Origin: Nitrospirota bacterium
GTDB taxonomy: Bacteria; Nitrospirota; Nitrospiria; Nitrospirales; NS-4
Assembly: GCA_963788195.1 (NCBI GenBank)
Contig: CAWBGA010000017.1
Span: 128,001-192,000 of the forward strand
Reading direction: 5' to 3'
DNA length: 64,000 nt
A model generated the notes under the pieces. It made no database searches. It had not been told where the DNA came from and was given only the letters and a program-made list of their open reading frames with translations. The translations under genes were made by a program, and so were the position numbers. This document shows, piece by piece, positions 57,838 to 64,000 of this stretch; the first letter of the stretch is position 1, and each line of letters starts with the position of its first letter.

Positions 57838-58821
57838 CTACCATCTCAGCAGCGCGGTTCCCCACGTAAGTCCGCTGCCGATAGTGGCCAGGAGAACCAG
57901 ATCGCCCGGCTTAATCTGACCTGCCTGAACCACAGCGTCCAAGGTTAAGGGAAGCGACGATGAAGAGGTATTGCCGTAGCGTTCGATCGTGCTGGCCGTT
58001 TGAGATGGCGAGATACCGAGCCGCTCCACGACCTTTTCCAACAGCCGCCCATTTGCCTGGTGGAATAGGAACCAGCGCACTTCGCTGACGACCAACCCGT
58101 GGGCTTTCAGCGTTTCCAAGACGGCGATTTCAAGACGACATACAGCCCGACGGAATAATCGGGGGCCCTGCATTGTCAAGGCGTGCAACCCTTCAGTCAC
58201 CGTTTTTTCAGAGCACGGTAACCGCGAGCCGCCGGCTTTGATGCCGATTAAATCTGCGAAAGCGCCGTCCGAGTGTAATGTGATTGAGCAGATGCCGTGT
58301 TCATCATGTGAGGGTGCCAAGATCACCGCTGCCCCGCCGTCACCGAACAATATTGCGGTTGTAGCGTCCTTACAATTAAGAAATCGCGACTTGACCTCTG
58401 CCGCGATTACCAGGACACGGCCGCCCTTACTGGCGCGTATTAACTGATCCCCCACAGAAAGCGCATATAAAAACCCCGAGCAGGAGGCTGAGAGGTCAAA
58501 GGCAAAGGCGCGCGTGGCGCCAAGCAGTCGCTGGACATGGCATGCGGATGATGGGAGCGGCGTATCAGGCGACGTCGTCGAGAGGATGATCGCATCCAGA
58601 GACTCAGCGCCCTCGCCCGCCCTCTCTAAGGCAACCGCAGCAGCGCGCGCTGCGAGATCAGCCGTTGACTCTTCCGGCTCCGTCCAGCGACGCTCCTTGA
58701 TGCCGGTTCGGCGTTGAATCGCTGCCGCGCTCAAGCCGGTAAGCCGACCCAGTTCTTCATTATCGACGACGCGGTGGGGCACAGCTGCTCCCGTTGCAAT
58801 GATCCGCGCCTGCATTGCCAT
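57838..58821 (-). CDS. fabH: 3-oxoacyl-ACP synthase III
   Basis: RTGIKERR, AFDLSASCSGF, LFGDG, FHQAN, YGNTSSSS, GSGLTWG. Confidence 0.93.
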   Translation of the reverse strand: MAMQARIIATGAAVPHRVVDNEELGRLTGLSAAAIQRRTGIKERRWTEPEESTADLAARAAAVALERAGEGAESLDAIILSTTSPDTPLPSSACHVQRLLGATRAFAFDLSASCSGFLYALSVGDQLIRASKGGRVLVIAAEVKSRFLNCKDATTAILFGDGGAAVILAPSHDEHGICSITLHSDGAFADLIGIKAGGSRLPCSEKTVTEGLHALTMQGPRLFRRAVCRLEIAVLETLKAHGLVVSEVRWFLFHQANGRLLEKVVERLGISPSQTASTIERYGNTSSSSLPLTLDAVVQAGQIKPGDLVLLATIGSGLTWGTALLRW

Positions 58822-58917
58822 GCGTTGTCCAGGTGGATTGAAGGCGGATTATATCTTACTTATCGTGGTAATTTAAACTTGAGTTTGAATGGACACCTTG
58901 ATAAGGTTGAAATCAAT

Positions 58918-59805
58918 ATGCGAGGTTCCCTTCCTGTCGTAGCCCTAGGGCTCACCGTGTTCCTTCTCAGTAGTTGTTCCAGTACGCCTAAAGACCCTAC
59001 TACCACTGATACCAGCGCATCAAAGGTTGATGCCGATGAGCAGGTGCTGAAGCAGGATCCGTTGGAACGCAATTACGATCCTCATGTGATCATGAAGCGG
59101 GCCGAATCGTTCTTTGAGAAAGAGGACTACGCCGAGGCCGGGGTCGAGTACCAACATTTTCTGGATCTCCATAAAACCCACATTCTGGCGCCGTATGCCC
59201 AGTATCGTCTGGGGCTGAGCTACTTTAGGCAGGTCACGACACGGGACCGGGATCCTGAGCCGGTGCGTAAGGCAATGGACGCGATGACATTGCTATTAAA
59301 GGAGTACCCAAGTAGCTCTTACGAAAATGACGCTCGTGCGAGGATTAAAGAATGCCGCGAACATTTGGCTTCTTACGAGCTGTATGTGGGGAAACACTAT
59401 TATCGGGTAACTGCCTATTTAGCGGCTTTGCATCGGTTTGAAACTGTCGTGAAGCTCTACCCCGACTCAGAAGCGTTTTCCGAGGCAACCTATTCCTTGG
59501 CGTTGACTTATGCCGATCTTGGCTCCAACGATCGGGCAGTGGAATACCTAACACGACTGTTGAAACAGCATCCGGCGAAAGACAAGGCGACCAATGACAG
59601 CCGTATATTATTGGCAAAGCTAACCCGTCGTCCGGGGAAAGATCGTCCGGGGAAAGAGGTCATCGCCTTAGCGCCCCGTAGTTCCCGGCCGCCGATTCCA
59701 GCCGACTTGCCGAAAGCCTCGTCAACGAAGACCCCTGCGTTGTTGCCGTCTCCTGACAGCCTATCCACCCCGACCGTTACCTGTGCCCTTAACGTCAGTT
59801 GTTAG
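58918..59805 (+). CDS. bamD: Outer membrane protein assembly factor BamD
   Basis: LLSSC lipobox, TPR helices, RDPEPVRKA, LASYELYVGKHYY...AALHRF. Confidence 0.88.
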   Translation: MRGSLPVVALGLTVFLLSSCSSTPKDPTTTDTSASKVDADEQVLKQDPLERNYDPHVIMKRAESFFEKEDYAEAGVEYQHFLDLHKTHILAPYAQYRLGLSYFRQVTTRDRDPEPVRKAMDAMTLLLKEYPSSSYENDARARIKECREHLASYELYVGKHYYRVTAYLAALHRFETVVKLYPDSEAFSEATYSLALTYADLGSNDRAVEYLTRLLKQHPAKDKATNDSRILLAKLTRRPGKDRPGKEVIALAPRSSRPPIPADLPKASSTKTPALLPSPDSLSTPTVTCALNVSC

Positions 59806-59978
59806 CGTAACCCTCCCCATTCATCCAGAAACAGGTTCCTTGTCGCTTCCTGCAGCGCGTCACTCGGCTCACTGATGGATGCGAGATGTGTCTCTTTTGC
59901 AGGGGCGCTTACGTACCGAAGGAGAATGTCCTACCGTGAAGGGAGCGTCCTATGCTGCGAATATAACGTGAGTGGAAT

Positions 59979-61563
59979 ATGAAAGTTTTAGCGTGGCTTG
60001 CCATCGGTATCGTCGGTATTGTCTTGGTCGCGGCCGTGGCGCTCTTTTTTATCGATGAGCCGTTGCGCGCCTTCATCGAACGCCAACTGAACCAGCGTGT
60101 GGAAGGCTATCATTTTACCATCGGCAAAGCTCAATTATATCCGAATCTGTCTCTCGACATAGAGAATGTTGTGATGGTGCAAACCAAGCATCCGAAACCT
60201 CCCGTGGCCGTCATCCCCAAATGGCATTTCAGCATTCAATGGCGGCACATCTTTTCCGGCGTGCTCGTGAGCGATTATTTAATTGAGCGCCCGACCCTTC
60301 ACATCACACTCTCTCAGGCAAAAAAAGAGGTCGCCGACGAAGTGCCCATCCACGAAAAGGGATGGCGGGACGCCGTGTACTCGTTCTATCCCATCAAGAT
60401 CAATGAATTTAAAGTCGTCGACGCAGACGTCACCTACGTCGATCAGGATCCGTCGAAACCGCTGCATTTGACTCACCTAAACTTGAAAATTGGGAACATT
60501 CGAAACATCCGGTTCGCGAACGACAGCTATCCTTCGGATCTCAGCATCGATGGTAATCTCTTCGAATCCGGACGAATTGAGCTAAAAGGCCACGCGAATT
60601 TTCTCGCAGAACCCAACGTCGGCATCAATGCGAATATGGCGTTACGTCACGTCTCGCTTGAACATCTCCTGCCGGTGACCGGCCGGTATAACGTTCAGCT
60701 CCGCGGAGGGGTGCTTTCTGCCGAAGGTCGTCTCGAAATCACCGCCGAAGGAGAGACTATCGCGAACTTAAAGACATTGAGTGTGAACAACGCACGGCTC
60801 GATTACGTTCATGCCGCTGAGACGAAGACGAAAGAAACACAGGTAGCCAAGGCGGCCGGCCAAACGGTCAAGACACTCCAAAACAAGCCTCAGACCCTCG
60901 TGCGAATCGATCACGCGGAGATCAAGAACAGTGAGTTCGGCTTGGTCAACGAAGCAGCCAAGCCCGCGTACAGGGTCTTTCTAAGCAAAGCCGAACTCCA
61001 GCTTCAAAACATCAGCAACCAGTTCACCGAAGGCACCGGGGTTGCCAAGATGAAGGGGGAATTTATGGGCACCGGCCATACGGTGCTCAGCGCGACCTTC
61101 CGGCCTGAGACGAAATCGCCTGATTTCGATTTGAATATCAAGATCGAGAACACCGATATGCGCGCCATGAACGACCTGCTGCGGGCCTACGGCAACTTCG
61201 ATGTGACCGCCGGCGCCTTCTCCGTGTACTCAGAACTCAGCGTCAACCAGGGAAAGATTGAGGGATATGTCAAACCGCTTTTTAAGGATATGAAGGTATA
61301 CGATCCGCGCCAGGACAAAGAAAAGACCACTGTGGCAAAAGATGTACGAAGGCCTGGTGGGGGGTATCGCAGGTCTGCTGGAGAACAGACCCCGTGAAGA
61401 AGTGGCGACGAAGGTGGCAATCGAAGGGAACCTGGAGAATCCCCAAACCAGTACGTGGCAGACGGTCGTCAACCTGATTCAAAACGCCTTCTTTAAGGCG
61501 ATCCTACCCGGATTTGAGCGAGAGGTCACACGCTGCCGCCAAGGTAAGGAGCTGACCTCGTAG
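59979..61563 (+). CDS. DUF748/AsmA-like protein (apparent +1 frameshift ~61325-61342)
   Basis: N-terminal anchor, beta-rich body, NDLLRAYGNFDV..G.FSVYSE...GYVKPLF; continues as YEGLVGG...NAFFKAILPG in ORF 61342..61563. Confidence 0.78.
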
Positions 61564-61591
61564 GCGCGGGAACCAGGCGAGTCTCCGGCCG

Positions 61592-62338
61592 TTATTGGCC
61601 GATGTACCAGCCGATCCCGTTTCGCTCCAGCATGCTCGTGAGAACAGTGAGTGAATTGGTATAGATCATCACGCCTACCAGTATGAGGAACACACCACTG
61701 ACTACCGTGATGCTGTGCATGTAGGCTTTGATCTTTTTGAAGTAATTCAAAAAGGAATCGATGGCAAGGGCGGTGATAAATAGGGGCAAGGCGATGCCCA
61801 TCGAGTAACTCGCGAGCAACTTGACCCCGGTGAGCATTGAATCGGTGGTGCTGGCGTAGACGAGGATCGTGCCTAATATCGGGCCGACGCAGGGGGTCCA
61901 GCCCGCGGCGAAGGCGACGCCGACGAGAAATGAGCCGACATATCCGGCCGGGCGCCTGTTAAAGTGAACGCGCTGGTCGGCCATCAGAAACTTTAGCTTG
62001 AGCAGCCCCATGACATAGAGCCCGAAGAAGACGATCACGACTCCTCCAAGTTTGCGGAGAAAGTCTTGATAGGTCAGCAGCAGCTGTCCGGCCAAACTTG
62101 CAGAGGCGCCGAAGGCGATGAAGACAGCAGAGAAGCCACCGATGAACAACAGCGAGTTCAGGATGATTGTGCCGCGGACACGCGCGCGGTCCGTCTCGCT
62201 GGTAAGCTCCTCGAGGGTCAAGCCCGTGATGTAGGTGACGTATGACGGCACGAGAGGTAACACGCACGGAGAGACGAACGACAAGAGGCCGGCCGCAAAG
62301 GCAATGAACAGGGAGATATCCGGGCCGTGCTGAAACAT
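61592..62338 (-). CDS. ccdA: Cytochrome c biogenesis protein CcdA
   Basis: AGLLSFVSPCVLPLVP and FAAGWTPCVGPILG. Confidence 0.94.
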   Translation of the reverse strand: MFQHGPDISLFIAFAAGLLSFVSPCVLPLVPSYVTYITGLTLEELTSETDRARVRGTIILNSLLFIGGFSAVFIAFGASASLAGQLLLTYQDFLRKLGGVVIVFFGLYVMGLLKLKFLMADQRVHFNRRPAGYVGSFLVGVAFAAGWTPCVGPILGTILVYASTTDSMLTGVKLLASYSMGIALPLFITALAIDSFLNYFKKIKAYMHSITVVSGVFLILVGVMIYTNSLTVLTSMLERNGIGWYIGQ

Positions 62339-62340
62339 TG

Positions 62341-62919
62341 TTACCGACTCCGCAACAAGTCCCGAATGCCGCTACGAGCCTCGGCATCATTCCAATCTCG
62401 CGCCCCGAAGATCTGATGACTGATGATGCCGTCCCTGTTCACCAAAAACGTGACAGGCAGGGAGTGCACCCCATAGCGGCGACTCACGAGCATGTCGGGA
62501 TCATGGGCGATGGTGAAGCTCAACCCCAACGCATCGCGATATGGGCGCGTCACGGCCGCCCCTTCGGGGTCGGATGACACTGCCACGATGGCAAACCCTT
62601 TCGGCCGAAACTCGCGATAGAGCTTCTCCATGGCCGGCATCTCGATTTTGCAAGGACCACACCACGTCGCCCAGAAATTCAGAAAAACCAGATGACCGCG
62701 ATAATCGGATAGCCGTATTTCTCGCCCATCCAACGTATGCAGGTTGAAATCTGGCGCTGTATGCCCGACGCGAGGCACCTCCGCCAACGCAGCCACGTCG
62801 CCGGCTTGAGTCTCGCGGGTATCCGCCGTTGCCGCTTCTCTTCCATTGGCATTGCTCACAGGATCCGCATCGCATGAAATGAGGCTGACGGCAAGGACTA
62901 TCAGCAGCAGAGACCGCAC
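62341..62919 (-). CDS. TlpA/ResA family thiol-disulfide oxidoreductase (lipoprotein)
   Basis: LISC lipobox; APDF.L, NFWATWCGPCKIEMP, LPVTF. Confidence 0.92.
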   Translation of the reverse strand: MRSLLLIVLAVSLISCDADPVSNANGREAATADTRETQAGDVAALAEVPRVGHTAPDFNLHTLDGREIRLSDYRGHLVFLNFWATWCGPCKIEMPAMEKLYREFRPKGFAIVAVSSDPEGAAVTRPYRDALGLSFTIAHDPDMLVSRRYGVHSLPVTFLVNRDGIISHQIFGARDWNDAEARSGIRDLLRSR

Positions 62920-62922
62920 CGT

Positions 62923-63552
62923 TTACTTGGCTTTCACAGACTTGGGTTGCTTATGCACAAGCTGCACAATGGTCGTGACATTGGCTTTATCGGTCCAGTC
63001 TCTCGGCCCGATCACCTTCTCGCGCAGCACGCCGTTCTGATCAATGATGTAGGTCTCCGGGACACCCATGAGCTTATAGCGTTTGTCGGTCTGCCCCCAT
63101 GAGTCGGTGAGAATCGGAAAGGTCAGCTTCATGCTTTCAATGAACGATGGAATATCCTTTTTGGTCGTAACGCGGTCCATGCTTATCGCCAGCATGACGA
63201 AATCTTCGGATTTGAAGTTCTCCCAAAGGATCTCCATCGACGGCATTTCTTCCTTGCATGGTTTGCACCAGGTTGCCCAAAAATTGAGGAAGACCACCTT
63301 CCCGCGATAGTCAGACAGGCGCCGGGTCTTGCCCTCCATGTCTGGGAGGCTGAAATCAGGCGCCGTCATACCTAGCGTCAGCGGTTCATACTTTGAGCTC
63401 TGAAGCCACACGACGCCGAACGCAAGGGCCAGGATCAGCAACCCACCCAGCGCGACGGTCAGGCGCCGTCTTGGGGAGAATGCGCCCGCAGAAAGCGTAC
63501 CCCCAGGCGAATCCAACGGGGGCTGCCCGGTGCCCGCGTCAACCTCAGGCAT
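62923..63552 (-). CDS. TlpA/ResA family thiol-disulfide oxidoreductase (membrane-anchored; start uncertain)
   Basis: TM anchor; NFWATWCKPCKEEMP, GVPETY. Confidence 0.92.
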   Translation of the reverse strand: MPEVDAGTGQPPLDSPGGTLSAGAFSPRRRLTVALGGLLILALAFGVVWLQSSKYEPLTLGMTAPDFSLPDMEGKTRRLSDYRGKVVFLNFWATWCKPCKEEMPSMEILWENFKSEDFVMLAISMDRVTTKKDIPSFIESMKLTFPILTDSWGQTDKRYKLMGVPETYIIDQNGVLREKVIGPRDWTDKANVTTIVQLVHKQPKSVKAK

Positions 63553-64000
63553 AAGCATGCAACCCAGACAGCAGGAAGTTGACACCCCAAAAACAGAACA
63601 CCACCATGAGGAAGCCGAAGATCTGATACATTGCGGCGCGGTGTCCCTCCCATCCACGGTTCATGCGCGCGTGTATATATGCTCCATAAATCAACCAGAC
63701 GATCAGCGACCAGGTTTCTTTCGGATCCCAGGACCAGTAACCGCCCCAGGCGTAGTTGGCCCACATAGCCCCGAGGATAATTCCGAAGGCTAACAACGGA
63801 AATCCGATCATGACAGCCTTGTAGCCTAGCTCATCAATCTTCTCGAGACTCGGAAGGCTGGCATAGAATCCGGCGGTACTTCCACGACGCTCCGCGCGTT
63901 CCTTCAGGAGGTACATGACACCCAAGCCCCCTGCCATTGCGAAAGCCGCATAACTTGTCAAGGTGATCGACACGTGGATGTAAATCCAATAGCTGTTCAG
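63545..64000 (-). CDS. ccsA: Cytochrome c biogenesis system II protein CcsA/ResC (3' part only)
   Basis: WWD domain GAMWANYAWGGYWSWDPKETW; GLHAY terminus. Confidence 0.94.
   Translation of the reverse strand: MNSYWIYIHVSITLTSYAAFAMAGGLGVMYLLKERAERRGSTAGFYASLPSLEKIDELGYKAVMIGFPLLAFGIILGAMWANYAWGGYWSWDPKETWSLIVWLIYGAYIHARMNRGWEGHRAAMYQIFGFLMVVFCFWGVNFLLSGLHAYA

Noticed and set aside
57838..58821. fabH as a dedicated member of the candidate biosynthetic cluster
   Set aside because: It looks like a standard FabH next to core bamD; adjacency to the GNAT genes may only mark the island boundary.
59628..59657. 15-bp tandem duplication (tcgtccggggaaaga x2) in the bamD 3' tail, loosely like the repeat flank
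   Set aside because: Short, in frame, with no hairpin; adequately explained by slippage in a disordered tail.

Overview
A 64 kb GC-rich bacterial chromosomal segment, mostly minus-strand genes. The core gene set (mlaFE-hpnG-shc, smc, xth, fabH, bamD, DUF748, ccdA/TlpA/ccsA) suggests a hopanoid-producing Gram-negative organism, possibly Nitrospirota; that is an inference from gene content only. Between the core flanks lie accessory modules: an Rrf2-sbp-cysTWA-porin sulfate uptake operon, MarR-DoxX-VOC, a Zn-dependent glucose dehydrogenase, czcCBA-like efflux with a PII-like gene and corA, DUF47-PiT, and a TonB receptor with cytochrome c and a sugar dehydrogenase. Two things stand out. (1) A family of intergenic GC-rich modular repeats in six clusters; at least 15 hairpins keep the same flanks and 6-nt loop while the stem sequence co-varies. 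(2) A candidate unstudied biosynthetic/export locus at about 40.5-57.7 kb: two tandem GNAT-cNMP fusion enzymes, a stand-alone cNMP paralog, ThiF adenylyltransferase, glycosyltransferase, acyltransferase, acyl-CoA ligase, thioester reductase, FAD oxidase, and a DevBCA/TolC exporter whose ATPase carries a His-less Hpt-like domain. A matching nitroreductase lies at 34.7 kb. Nine apparent +1 insertions break or fuse eight genes and are most likely sequencing errors. I recognised no rRNA, tRNA, CRISPR array, transposase or integrase.
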